From the human T2T-CHM13v2.0 reference genome, Homo sapiens, in the NCBI RefSeq assembly GCF_009914755.1, contig NC_060938.1: DNA of 64,000 nt; one strand, 5' to 3'. Below are positions 14,621 to 26,858 of this stretch, piece after piece. Position 1 is the first letter of the stretch; every line of letters starts with the position of its first letter. The notes under the pieces were generated by a model. That model was not told the DNA's origin and searched no databases. It saw only the letters and a list, made by a program, of their open reading frames with translations. The position numbers and the translations under genes are program-made.

Positions 14621-15824
14621 ATTTACTTTGTCCCCTAAAAGAGGGAAGTGCATGGTAACACTTTATGTAATTTAATGATGTATCTGAAAGCTTCATGGTC
14701 ATACAAATACACATACATGCACAGCAGCCCAGCAAAGACACATAAGTATGATCAGGTGAAATGAATGTATATTTAAACACCAAAACACCATGCCCATTTG
14801 TTTCATATTATTCTAATTATTTAATGGCATTTAAATTGTGTTTGCAGTTTGAGATTGTAGTACAAAATAATGTTTTCCTATGTGTATGTCTGCCTATTCC
14901 AATATTTAAAAAAACAAATACACTTCGATACATGTTTTGGTAAAACTGTATGTAAATGCAATTATTGTCAAATATGTCACTTAAACGTGCAATGGTATTT
15001 ATTTTAAATATTGGCCTGTTATTAATAAATTGAATAACTAATTTATTAATAGTTTAATAGAATTAAATAGAATAACTCTATTTAATTAACTCTATCTATT
15101 AATTAAATAGAATGTTCAAATAGAATAACTAATTGACCATAGTATGCATTATGAAACTAAACCCAGCCCATGCTTTTCAGGACTCTCTCACAATGGCAGC
15201 TTCCTAGAGGGTGGCGTGAGAGTGTGCAAGCACATAGGGATTTGGACTTCATAATCAAAGGACTAGTGAGCCCCAGGGCTGAGCACATAGAGGGCAGCAG
15301 GAGGTGAAGAGCCCACTCTGTGGTACTTAAGGAAGGGAGGGTATGGGATGAGGGTGATGTCTGGAGGGACCTAGAAAAGGATGAGGAGGGCAGAGAGTGC
15401 AGGTAGATGAGCGTATTCTAAGGAGAACTGTTATACTTCTAAACTTGGTTGGCTTCAGTGATTATGAAAAGAAGGGAACTGATTCACCAGACTTGGAAGA
15501 CAGAAAGTAAAGGGACTTTCTTTTTCTGCATGGAGACTGAGGAAGATAAATGGCTTTCAAAGAAGAAGGGAAGGTGGAGAAACAGTCTGAAAAACAGGAC
15601 ACTGGAAGCCAAACAAAGTGGAGAAACAGAGCCTTTAAAGTGCTGTTTATTTTCCACAAACAGCAGATGAAAGAAAAAGAAACAAAACACCATGCATATG
15701 CTGAGTTAAAGTTAGAAAACATATACAATTGTTTGACTATTACAGCACAAAAACACAAAACTCTATTCATGGAAATAGTCTGTATTGAGGATATGCATTT
15801 TTTTTTCTAAGACAGGGTCTCACT

Positions 15825-16060
15825 CTGTCACCAAGGCTGGTGTGTGGAGGCACAATCATAGCTCACTGCAGCCTCAACCTCCCAGGCTTAAGGAATCCTC
15901 CCTCCTCAGCCTTTTAAGTAGCTGGTTGCACCAATCTCAGCTATTTCTTCTTTTATGTATAGAAAGCATCTCACCATGTTGCCAGGCTGTTCTAAAACTC
16001 CTGAGCTCAAGTAATCTGTCTGCCTCAGTCTCCCCAAGTGCTGGGATTACAAGTGTGATT
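15825..16060 (-). mobile_element. Old diverged Alu (AluJ-like, partly deleted)
   Basis: AGACAGGGTCTCACTCTGTC...CCAAGTGCTGGGATTACA. Confidence 0.75.
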
Positions 16061-16368
16061 TAAAAAATTTTACTATTTTAATAATAGTATTATTTTTAAT
16101 AATTAAAATATATAAATAACCTATTTTAATAATTGTCCCGAGAGATCATTGCTAGTATTACTCAGAAAATACGCAGCAATAAAAGTTGCATTACATCCCT
16201 GTTCTAAGTTAGTGTTTTGTAGGTAAAAGAAATCATGGAATTAAAAGGAAAAATCAGACATCCTGGGGAAGACTTTTGCTTGACCAGGTCAGGAATTTCC
16301 AGGGTCTGAAAGGAAATCACAGCCTCTGAAGCTCCTGATGTGCAGCTGCCTCCTAAGAGAACCTGCAT

Positions 16369-16810
16369 GTCCTGAGCGTCCCCTGGTGGTTCTGAGCGCC
16401 CCCTGGTGACCTGAGCCCAGAATTGTTGTCTTTAGCACCACCTATGTCCTGAGCGCCCCCTTGTGGTTCTGAGCACCCATTGGTGGTCCTGAGCGCCCCC
16501 TGTTGGTTCTGAGTACCCCCTCTTGTCCTGAGCGTCCCCGAGTGTTTCTGAGCGCCCCCTGGTGTCCTGAGCGCCCCCTGGTGGTGCTGAGCGCCACCTG
16601 GTGGTTCTGAGCGCCCCCTGGTGGTTCTGAGCGCCCCCTGGTGGTTCTGAGTACCCCGTGGTGACATGAGTGCAGTAGTGTTGTCTTGAGCGCCACCTAG
16701 TGTCCTGAGCGTCCCCTAGTGGTTCTGAGCACCCCCCTGGCGTCCTGAGCGCTCCCTAGAGGTCCTAAGCACCCCTTGTTTCCTGGCCACCCCATGGTGG
16801 TTCTGAGCAG
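16369..16810. repeat. ~19-20 bp minisatellite (~22 units) of CTCF-type motifs
   Basis: Unit TGAGCGCCCCCTGGTGGTTC; its reverse complement contains CCACCAGGGGGCGC. Confidence 0.9.
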
Positions 16811-16888
16811 CATCTACCACGCAGTTCCCTCCTGTCTCTCTGCAGAGATTTTTGTGTCTGGGCTCAGACAGATCTTCCCTCCCCTGTG

Positions 16889-17305
16889 TCCCTCACTGTA
16901 ATATACGGCCTTGCCCTTGGCTTTCAGGTTGGTCCTTGTAAGGTAGACTGCACTTGAAAGGGTGTCACTTGGGAATGTTGATTTATCTGTACTCATGGAG
17001 AGTAACCCTTAGAACTCCCATATGATCTCTCACTGTTGCTACCCACACCAATTCCTGTTGTGAAGTGTGCTGGACCAAGCTCATGCTGCACCCAGTAAAC
17101 CCGAAACCAGAGGCTTTGCAGGACAGTCTCAGTGAACTGCTGGGCTGTTAAATTTTTCTCCTTCTGACTCCATCAGTAAACATCACACAGGACTTCTGTG
17201 AATACAGAGGAAACAGACTGAGAACAGCCACAGCTGGACCTGATTCACAAGGCACACTAATATTGAGGGGGATGAGAAGGGAATCCAGATCAGTGCAGAC
17301 CCCAT
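16889..17305 (-). pseudogene. IGHVIII-26-1: Clan III VH pseudogene, likely IGHV(III)-26-1
   Basis: ATG at 17305. FR3 relic ...LKAKGKAVYYSEG (YYC to YYS). RSS CACAGGG + 26 nt + ACAAAAATC (16847-16888). Confidence 0.85.
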
Positions 17306-19879
17306 GGTGTGGACACTAAGGAAGGGCAGAGACATGGGGTGGCTCCATACCAGGGCCTGAAGGAAGAGGGCATGAGCTGCCTTTCATGAGGAGGAGTGGG
17401 GACACATTTCCATGTCTTCATGTTTGTGGTCATGGGTACACTGCTCAGCACTGCTCATCCATCCTCTGTGTCTACATTTCGGGAGGGCAGGGTCAAAGGA
17501 TTTCTGGGTCTGGATGCACAGGGTTATTCTGCCCATTACTCTTTTTTATTCTTTAATGTGGATACTGTTCAGGTATCTTCATAGTAGCAACATTATCAAC
17601 AAATATGTCCAGTAAGAAAATAAAAATACATTTCCAGAGAAAATGGACACCTGTCTCTAACTGGTGCATTTAGAGCTGCAAATTACTGTTTTTGACAATA
17701 AGGCAAAGTTAGGTTACAACAAAAAAAATACAGATCTACACTTTATTAGGGAGGGGATTTATAATTACCATTATCTTGAGATCATTTTGCCACAAAACAA
17801 TTCAACATTGAATATATGTGCCTGTGTAAGGAAACAGTAAATGTGGACATATGTGTACTTATCTGAGTGAAGAGTTCACATGGAGACATATTTGCTTGTC
17901 TGAGACAAGAGTCCACATGAGGAAAAGTCTGTTTTCTGAGGAAAGCGTAAATGTAAGGACATACATGGTAGTCTGAGGAAAGTGTCCATGTGGGGACATG
18001 TGTTTTTGTCTGAGGGAAGAATCCACATCAGTAAAGGTGTGTTTGTCTGACAGAAGACTCCACGTGTTGACAGGTGTGTGGACTCATCTGAGGGTAAATG
18101 CCCATTTAGGGACAGTATATGCCTGAACTGAGCTGAAGTTTGGGGAAAATCTTTCTCAATCAAGGAAAGAAAATAATCCTGTGGGTTATTTGCTTGTCTG
18201 GAAGAAAAAACCTGGGTCACATAGAAAATTGATTTTTTTTTAAATTAAAGATCTTTAGTGAATGTCAACATCTTATATGCAAATAAGGAAAATTAGTTCA
18301 TTCTTTGTTGCATGTGTCTCATGGCATCCTCACCAAATAAGTTATTAGATAATTTTATACAGTCTGCATTTGATCCTAGGGATAATGTACTGCTAAACAT
18401 CATTTTAAATTGTATATATTTAGGTTTATATTTTTCATCACAAAATTATGAGCTTAGACAAATTAATTGTGTCATGTCTCAACCATTGCATATCACTAAA
18501 AATAGTTTTACTCTTCTTAAACATTGCCTTTTTAACTTATTTGATACCCACTCTGTAAATTCCTGGAATATCCTCTCTATGTTTACTTGACTGTAGTTTT
18601 GGCTTTTACAGAATTCAAATAAAGAAATTATACAGTGTAATTGAAATGACTTCATGAAGAAAGTGGAAAACGAAGTTGCTGATCTAAGGAACTTTGAAAA
18701 TGAGGAAATTCTATAAGTTTAAAGTGTAAAGAAACTGCACATAAGCACTCTATTCTAGTAGATAAAAATGGTTCCAAGAAGGGTACAGCTTTACATTTCT
18801 GATGCTGCAATGCATGTGTCCTGAAATTGTGCAGCTAAGTAATACAATGGCATATGATGGGATGGGGTTCCTCACTTTGCAGTGGGTGATTATGGACAGT
18901 CAAGGAAGCCTAGAAAGGTCGATATGGTGGTAACATAGTTGGGTGAGGAGACCAGTGTATTCTCATTTTTAATGTAATAAAGTTACAGAATATAAGATAC
19001 ATAAATAGTTTCAATGTGTCCTTAAACATGAGTTCATATAAACATGCACATTTACTAGGCCAGTTGGTTGAGAGGTCCTAAAAGTACTTATACCACATTA
19101 ACAACACATATACCCAGTATCACAAATTTTATTTTAATACTATATTTTAACATCAGAAAGAAGCAATCTTTAGAAAAATGTCTGATTCTATGTATGAAAA
19201 AGTTAATATAGAAAATGGGCTTAGAATGTATTGTAATACCAGGAAACAGGAAAGTGTTCAAAAACAAAATGATGAGGTGTGCTGTAAGGATGCAGCATCC
19301 AAACTAAATGAGTTCCAAGCACATAATAAAGCTGTGGTGATTTGAACAATAAAATGAATAATATAGCATGGATTTACTTCAGAGTATGAAATAGACATTC
19401 ATAAACCAATGCGGATATTAATAAATGACTAAATAGAGAAATAATGGGAAAAAGAACACATCTCCTTCCAGAAATATTCCAAATATCTTAGGGTGATAGT
19501 CCTCTAATCAAGTAGGTGATGTTTAAACACTCATGAGTAGATTGTGGCCTGAGATTAGAGACATGGAAAAAAAAATCACTATTAGTATATTTTATGATGA
19601 GATTTCAGATGTAATGCCAAAGACGTGATCTATGGATAAATGAAATTATACCTGTTTCTTTAATTTGTAAACACACACACACACACATACATATTTTTCT
19701 GCAATACACACTGACAAGGGAGTAAAAGACAACAACAGACTTGGAGAAAATACTTCCAAGTCACGTATTTGTTAAATGTTTCCTTTTGATTTGTTAAACG
19801 GCTTTTTTGATCAATATGCAGGTATACTTACAACTAATCAGAAGAAAACAATGCAATTAAAAATTAACCAAGTATGAAT

Positions 19880-20420
19880 CACAACAAAATCTAAAATAGA
19901 CAAATGGGATCTAAGTAAACTAAGGAGCTTCTGCACAGCAAAAGAAACTATCAGCAGAGTGAACAGTCAACCTACAGAATCGGAGAAAATTTTTGCATTC
20001 TACCCATCTGACAAAGGGCTAATATCCAGAATCTACAAAGAACTTAAACAAATTTACAAGGAAAAAACAAACAGCCCCATCAGAAAGTGGGCAAAGGATA
20101 TGAACAGACACTTCTCAAAACAAGATATTTATGCAGCCAACAGACAAATGAAAAAATGTTCAGCATCACTAGTCATTAGAGAAATGCAAATCAAAACCAC
20201 GATGAGATACCATCTCATTCCAGTTAGAATGGTGATCATTAACAAGTCAGGAAACAACAGCTGCTAGAGAGGATGTGGAGAAATAGGAACATTTTTATAC
20301 TGTTGGTGGGAGTGAAAATTAGTTCAACCATTGTGGAAGACATTGTGGTGATTCCTCAAGGAGCTACAACTAGAAATACCATTTGACCCAGCGATCCCAT
20401 TACTGGGTATATACCCAGTT
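19880..20420 (+). mobile_element. L1PA ORF2 fragment
   Basis: ORF 19959 ([20 protein letters not shown]) is L1 ORF2p. Confidence 0.9.
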
Positions 20421-22130
20421 TGAAGTAAAAATAAATCATATATTGCATTCTTAAGTTAAAAGTAGCATAATGTTCAGAAACACATGAACTTTCTTTGCAA
20501 AAGGTACTTCTACTAAAACTTACAACACAGGGTCTGCTTTCTCAAGGACCCAGACATTATCACCCTATGAGCTGATTCATCAAAGGCCCAGGTATTTTCA
20601 ATTGCACCTCAATATTAGACTCATTCATTAAATGCAGATATAGCAAAGTATTTTAAGGGATTGATGTGCTATGCAGAAACATTCAACAGGATGTTAAAGA
20701 TGCCTTACCACCAAATATTTCTAACAATTTTTTCATTGTCATCCACTTGGAAATTCTTTATTTTGGAAGAGACATCAGAGAATAGCAGCTTCAAACATTG
20801 TTAAAAGGCCTTATTATTTATCATTATCTACAAATGCAGCAGTAACTCCAACATGTCAATCCACAGGTTTATGAAGTGAAAATGAGGTGGGTTACAAAAG
20901 TTGTTTTGAGATAATTATCATATAGTTGTAGAATCAATAGCAATGGTGGCATCAGTGTAAGGTTGAACAGCCAGTTTCTGAGCTGATGTTCTTGCAAGTG
21001 TAATTTTTAATAAGGTTGTGGTGGGCTTCTATCCAAGATGGTGGCTAAGCAGAGTCTATTTATGATAGTTTTTGTTATCAGGAATATGGGCCTAAGAACC
21101 CTCCTTCATGTTCATTCCTAGGTCCATTTGTCAGGGTGTTAACACAAGTGGCTCTGTTTTGATTCTTACAACTTTCACACTCTTTCTAACACTACAGGTG
21201 AGGAAGGTGAACCTGTGTTAGTTTGCACAACACAGGATAAATTCCACATCCACATTCCACTTTGACCAAACAAGCTCATACCTTTCACAACTATTGGCCA
21301 CTTGCATTCCCAGGTGAGTCTCCACACAACACACTGGAGGGTTCTGAGCAACGGGAGAGAAGATAGTCCCATCAGCCTCTCCCACGTGGTTGCAGGAGCC
21401 ACAGTCTGAGCCCCACCTGAGCTGCAGGGAAAGGGCTTGAGCCCTGGAATTTTTACAGCAGGAACCACATCTCCACTTTACAGGGATCAGGAACAGCAAA
21501 AGGAAAATCAACAACAAATACAACTAACAAGAAATAGAATGGGCTAGGAGCAAAAGGGGCCCCAGATCAGTGCTGATACTGATTTGCATGCTTTAGTGTC
21601 AGGAGAAGGGTCAGACGTAAATCCTGTGAGGTTCTACCTGACACTGACCCTGGCCCAGCCTCTCTTGGCTGAGGTTAGAATTCCTAAAGACTGTTCTCCT
21701 CAGGGAACCCCACTAAGGTTCCTGTCCTGAATGTGACTGGAGAAGACTCACTGGGTACCCTTCAGCTTCCACAGGGCTGTGACCCTGGCAACCACTGGCA
21801 GAGAGATTGTTCTACATTTAGCACCTGAGAGAAGGTTTCCTCCTGGTACAACAAAACTGTGATATTTCAGAGACTTACAGCTAAGCAGAGCATCATGAAA
21901 TAAGGGAGGGTCTCTGAAGGAAACATCTAAATGGAGAAGCAGCCCCAGACCCTGGCAGTAAACCAGCCTCTCATCTCCACCTGCACCTGCTCTGGGGCTG
22001 GCCCTGTGCTTACTGCAACCTGCCCTTCCCCAGTGGTCGTGAGTCCCCTTGGTGGTCTTGAGTCTTCCTGGAGGTCCTAAGTGCCCTGACAGGTTTGTGT
22101 CAGGGCTCATAAGGACACCTCCTCACTGAG

Positions 22131-22560
22131 TCTTTCACAGTAATACTCAGCCGTGTCCTAGGTGGTCATGGAGCTGAGCTTCACAGAGAACTGGCTCTTG
22201 GTTGAGTCACTGTTGATGGGGACATGGACCTGGGTGGAGGGTGCATGATGTGTATTCCTTGATGATCCAGTCTAGTAACTGTGCCCCAGCCATTCCAGCC
22301 TGTTGCCCACGGGATGGTGGATTCATCTCAAATAATATCCATGGTAAAAAAAAGAATCCAGACACAGCACAGGCAGAGGGCAGTGTCTGAGGGCCTCATG
22401 GGTCCTGGACCTGACTCCTGCAGCTGCACCTGGGACAGGACACCTGGAATAACAGTGGACTTCCTAGTGAGTCACACAGAGAGCTCACTTGTCCCCATTA
22501 CCCCATTTCTTATTTCTAGATTCTCACACAGAAAAACTGTCATCCATCGAAGACATGTAA
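22131..22560 (-). pseudogene. IGHVII-26-2: Clan II VH pseudogene, likely IGHV(II)-26-2
   Basis: [16 protein letters not shown] starts at 22432. FR3 KSQFSVKLSSMTT*DTAEYYCER has a stop. RSS CTCAGTG + 23 + ACACAAACC (22092-22130). Leader degenerate. Confidence 0.85.
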
Positions 22561-23719
22561 AAAGTTGATCTTCTTGAGAGAGAGAATAATGCCTTTCATG
22601 GGGAAACTGTGCTCAAGCTGATGATAGAGCAGTATCTGGGGAGGAGAGAGGCTGACAACACCCAGCATTGTTGCTGGGGTATAAACAGAGTTTGAGGAAA
22701 AGTGTGCATGTGTCAAGAGCCCCTCACATATAAGGGGCAGGAACCACGGCGACCTTCTGTCTTGGAGCCTCTTCCCAGAGGTGAGTGTCCTGCTCAGACA
22801 TCAGATAACACAAACTCATTCCTCCTCTGAAAGAGCATCCCTCTGCTGAGTGTCAAAGCATCCATTCTTACCCCAAGGACAGGAAGGCAAGTGATAGAAA
22901 CAAGCAGTTTTGCTGGACAGAGAGGGAAGGGGTAGGAACCAGGGAAACACCTTGTGCCCAGGACCTACGCCCTAAAATCTCCTGTTTCTTTTGGGTTCCC
23001 AGCTGGAGATGATACATTGTGAACTTTCCTGGCAGTCGCGCTTCTGGAGGGAGGATTAGGGGAAATGCTGAGTAAGTTCTCCTCTTTGCTGAGCACGGAG
23101 TTTTCACCCTCTGTGGTAAGTGGTGTTATCCCTCCCCAGTTGAGTCACCCCTGCTCACCCTCTCCCTGCTGCTTCCCAGGTTTTGCTTCTTTGCTCACAG
23201 TCTTATCCTTTTCTAGGTTTCTTTTCCTGGAGCCCCCATAGTAGCCTTGAGTGACAACATCAGTCCAGTCCACAACATCTTATAAACTGTGATTCATTTC
23301 CTTTTGATTACCTATGAACACTTTATAAGAAAATAGATGGTATAGAGAAAACATTGCTTTCCTGTTGTACATAGAGCCCTGCTGTGTTCTCAACAGGCCC
23401 AACAGGCCTGAGGACACACACACACACACACACATCAATTCCCACATCCCCTTTCAATTTCCAACAGGAAAAATCATGACTGTGTTGGAAGAATTGTTTG
23501 CATGGGGCATGGGAGCCACAATGAGGCATCATCCCTCTCTGAGGATACAGGGTCTCCATGTTCAAAGAGAGAGACTCCAGGTGTGCAGAAGCCCAGTGTT
23601 TCAGGACCTGGGAACAGAATCACGGGAGACCAAGTACAGCAGGACTGGTCAAGAGGACCAAAGAACTAATGGTAGACTTTGAGTGAGGAGAACAAGGTAA
23701 GGCCTGATCTTACGTCTTC

Positions 23720-25170
23720 TGCCCTTCATTCTGTTGATACGATGTGTCACATTGATTGATTTGCATAGGTTGAACCATCCTTGCATCTCTGGGATAAGCC
23801 ACACTTGGTCATGATGAATGCTCTTTTGATATGTTATTGAATTTGGTTTGCTAAGAATTCCTTGAGGAGTTTTGCATCCATATTCATTAGTGATATTGAA
23901 CTGTAGTTTTCTTTTTTTTTTGGTATGGCTTTATCTGGTTTTCATATAAGGGTAACATTGGCCTTGTACAGTAAGTTTGGAAGAATTCTTCCCTTCCTTA
24001 TCTACTTTTTATCTATTTTTGGAATATTTTGAGTGAGATTAGGTATTATCTCTTCTTTAAATGTTTGTCATAATTGAGTGATGAAGTCATCAAGTCCCGG
24101 GTTTTTTCTTTGCTGGGAGACCTTTTATTATGGCTTCACTCTCACTACTTGTTACTGATCTGTTCAATTTCTTCCTGGCTCAATCTTGGTAGGTTGTATG
24201 TGTCTCTAAATTTATCCTTTTCTTCCAGATATTTCGATTTATTGGCATTTAGTTGCTCCTAGTAGCCTCTAATGATCCTTTGATTTTCTGCACTATTGGT
24301 TGTAATATTTCCAGTTTTCTTTCTGATTTTATTTACTTTGGTCTTCTTTGTTTTTTTTCTTGGTCTGGTTAAAGGTTTATAGATGTCTTTTATCTTTTTA
24401 AAAAACAACTTTTCATTTGATCGATCTTTGGTATTGTTTTATTTATTTCAATTTTATTTATTAACGTTCTGATCTTAACTTTTTTATTTTACTATGTTTG
24501 GATTTGATTTGCTCTTGCTTTTCTAGTTTTTTTTGAGAGATATTCCTAAGATGTTTATGTTATAATTGTCTACTTTTTTAACATAGGTGCTTATAGCTGT
24601 GAACTTTCCTCTTAGTACTATGTTCACTGTATTTCATAGGTGTTCATATGCTGTGTTTTCATTATCATTTCTTTCAATAAATTGTAAAATTTTCTTGTTT
24701 GTTTCTTTATTAACCCATTTTAGAGCATATAGTTCAGTTTGGAAGCACATTGTTTAATTAAGGAGGATACTGTTTAATTTCCATGTGTTTTCAAAATTCC
24801 TCTTATTATTTTAGTTTTCTTTCATTACTATCAGAGAAGGTACATGATATCTTTTTAATTAAAAATGACAAATTTTCTGGTCTACTATGTGGTCTATCCC
24901 TGAGAATGATCCATATGCTTAGGAAAAGATTGTGTACTCTGCAGCCATTGGATGAAGTGTTCCATCAATATCCATTATGTCCACTTGGTCTGTCATGCAG
25001 ATTTAGTCTAAGATTTCATTGTTAATTTTCTGTCTGGAAGATCTGTCCAATGCTGAAAGTGGGGTGTTAAAGTCTCCAGCTATTATGGTATTGGGTCTAT
25101 CTCTCTGTTTATCTCTAATTGTATTTGCTTGATATACCTGGGTGCTCCAGTGTTGGGTGCATATATATGT
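23720..25170 (-). mobile_element. Old L1 ORF2 fragment
   Basis: T-rich antisense L1 (TTGAACCATCCTTGCATCTCTGGGATA; GATCTGTCCAATGCTGAAAGTGGGGTGTTAAAGTCTCC). Confidence 0.8.
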
Positions 25171-25294
25171 ATGTGTATAACCCTATGTCAACAAAGGGTG
25201 CAGCCACGTTGTCCCTGTCACTGCCTCAGCTCAGCACAGCTGCCTCCTCCCTCAGGATTTCTGGTTCTCTCAGGATGTGGGTTTCCACACTGTG

Positions 25295-25717
25295 CCTCTT
25301 GCACGTGTCCTCAGCCTTTAGGCTGCTGATATGAAGATATGCCATGCTGACGGAGGTGTCCATGGAGAAGACAAACCGTCCTGTGAAGCCCTGGGCATAC
25401 GTTAGGTTCCCAGTGTTGGTGTTGATCCATCCCATTTCCTCAAGCCCTTGTCCATGGGCCTGTCATACCCAGCTGATAGCATAGCTTGTGAAGGTGTATC
25501 CAGAAGCCTTGCAGGAAACCTTCAATGAGGCTCCAGGCTTCTTCACCTCAGGCCCAGACTGCACCAGCTGCACCTGTGAGTGGACACCTGTGGAGAGGAG
25601 ACAGGAGTGCGTGAAGTCTCACTTGACTGGCCTGGTTTCTCTCTCAGCCCGGTGACTGGGAGGTCCCTTACCTGTTGCTGCTGCCACCAAGAAGAGGATC
25701 CTCCAGGTCCAGTACAT
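25295..25717 (-). pseudogene. IGHV7-27: IGHV7-27 pseudogene (leader 25672-25717, V exon 25295-25587)
   Basis: [28 protein letters not shown] is VH7. TGA in FR2 (25463-25465). The YYC codons are deleted. RSS CACAGTG + 23 + CCAGAAATC (25256-25294). Confidence 0.93.
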
Positions 25718-25794
25718 GTTGAGGTGCTGTGGTCTAGGGGCTTCTTCTGAGGAGAGTTGTGGTTGTTGGATGATGCTCTCAAGGCACAAAGATA

Positions 25795-25829
25795 TCTATA
25801 TTTACCTCAGTTATTTGCATATTCATGAG
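25795..25829 (-). promoter_or_regulatory. Intact VH promoter of IGHV7-27 (CTCATGA heptamer element, octamer, TATA-like)
   Basis: CTCATGAATATGCAAAT on the minus strand (octamer 25813-25820), then TAAATATA. Confidence 0.88.
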
Positions 25830-26398
25830 CGATCCTATTTCATACCTGATACTGCATGAGAAAGATTGGAGAGTGACACATGTATTACCAACAGGAGGAT
25901 GCTAAGGGTTCAAGCTATAATCCCCTTAGAGGTCATGTGCCTCCTGATACATCCCTAAGCTCTATGTTGACAAAGCTTCTCCCCCTGGAGAACAATTTTC
26001 CCTAGAACAGGACTTCACTGTGAACACACACTTGAATGGCTCAGAGGTAATTTAAAGTATTTCTAGGCTTTAATACATGAATGTCTTATTCGGGGGATGA
26101 GTGTGTTTCTCCAAAGTTGCACTTATTTATATAAAAGAAAAGCTTGCTTAACCTCCAGCTGCATACTATTAAGATATCTAGCAGGGTTAGAAATATCTAG
26201 TATAAAAGTGGTTCTCATTACAACATCAAATTTGATAAATGCTCACAATTGAATAGGATATTTATAGAATGTTCAGCAGTCTTTGTCAAATACTCATTTT
26301 AGATTTTTTTTAGAAGAATGACACAGATCTTGAGAGGAATCCCTCCCCAGCCTCCGGTGCACCTGCTCTGGGGGTGGAGCCTGTGATGGGTGGGCCTT

Positions 26399-26735
26399 GA
26401 GCGCCCCCTGCAGCCCAGCCCTTGCACTGCAGAGAGGCTCCTGTCTGGGCTCCCAAAGCATTTCCCTCCCCCCAGTATGAAGATGCTGTGTCCTGGCTCA
26501 GAATGCTCATTTAGTGACATGTGATACCATGTGCTGCTGACACCATCTCTTACAATACTAAACTGGCCGTAGGAAAGCCAGTGAACTCTGCAGAAAGACC
26601 CCAAGCAAGGATTCTATGAAACCACCAGGGAGCCCCTTCTGTGGAGCTCCGGAAGCAATGGATCAGTCCACACTCACAATGAGTCCAGGAGCTCCCAGGG
26701 GCTTTGGGAGAACACCTAATCTCTTGTCGGTTCCT
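26399..26735 (-). pseudogene. Highly decayed VH relic (RSS remnant, FR3, FR2 and FR1 traces)
   Basis: Aligns by eye to the IGHV3-30 RSS flank and FR3. Peptide traces QFSIVRDGVSSTWY and MSILSQDTASSYW. Confidence 0.65.
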
Positions 26736-26809
26736 GTGGATGAACATCTCATCAGATAATTTCTAAACCTACAAAATCACGGGGCTCAGAGCCCACTGCA
26801 AAACTCCTA

Positions 26810-26811
<2 letters not shown>

Positions 26812-26856
<45 letters not shown>
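26812..26856. repeat. (CA)n microsatellite
   Basis: ~22 CA units. Confidence 0.95.

Positions 26857-26858
<2 letters not shown>

Noticed and set aside
16353-16696. Repetitive ORFs, and a CRISPR-like look of the 20-bp array
   Set aside because: The ORFs are by-products of the minisatellite. Units are contiguous with no unique spacers, and the context is a human locus
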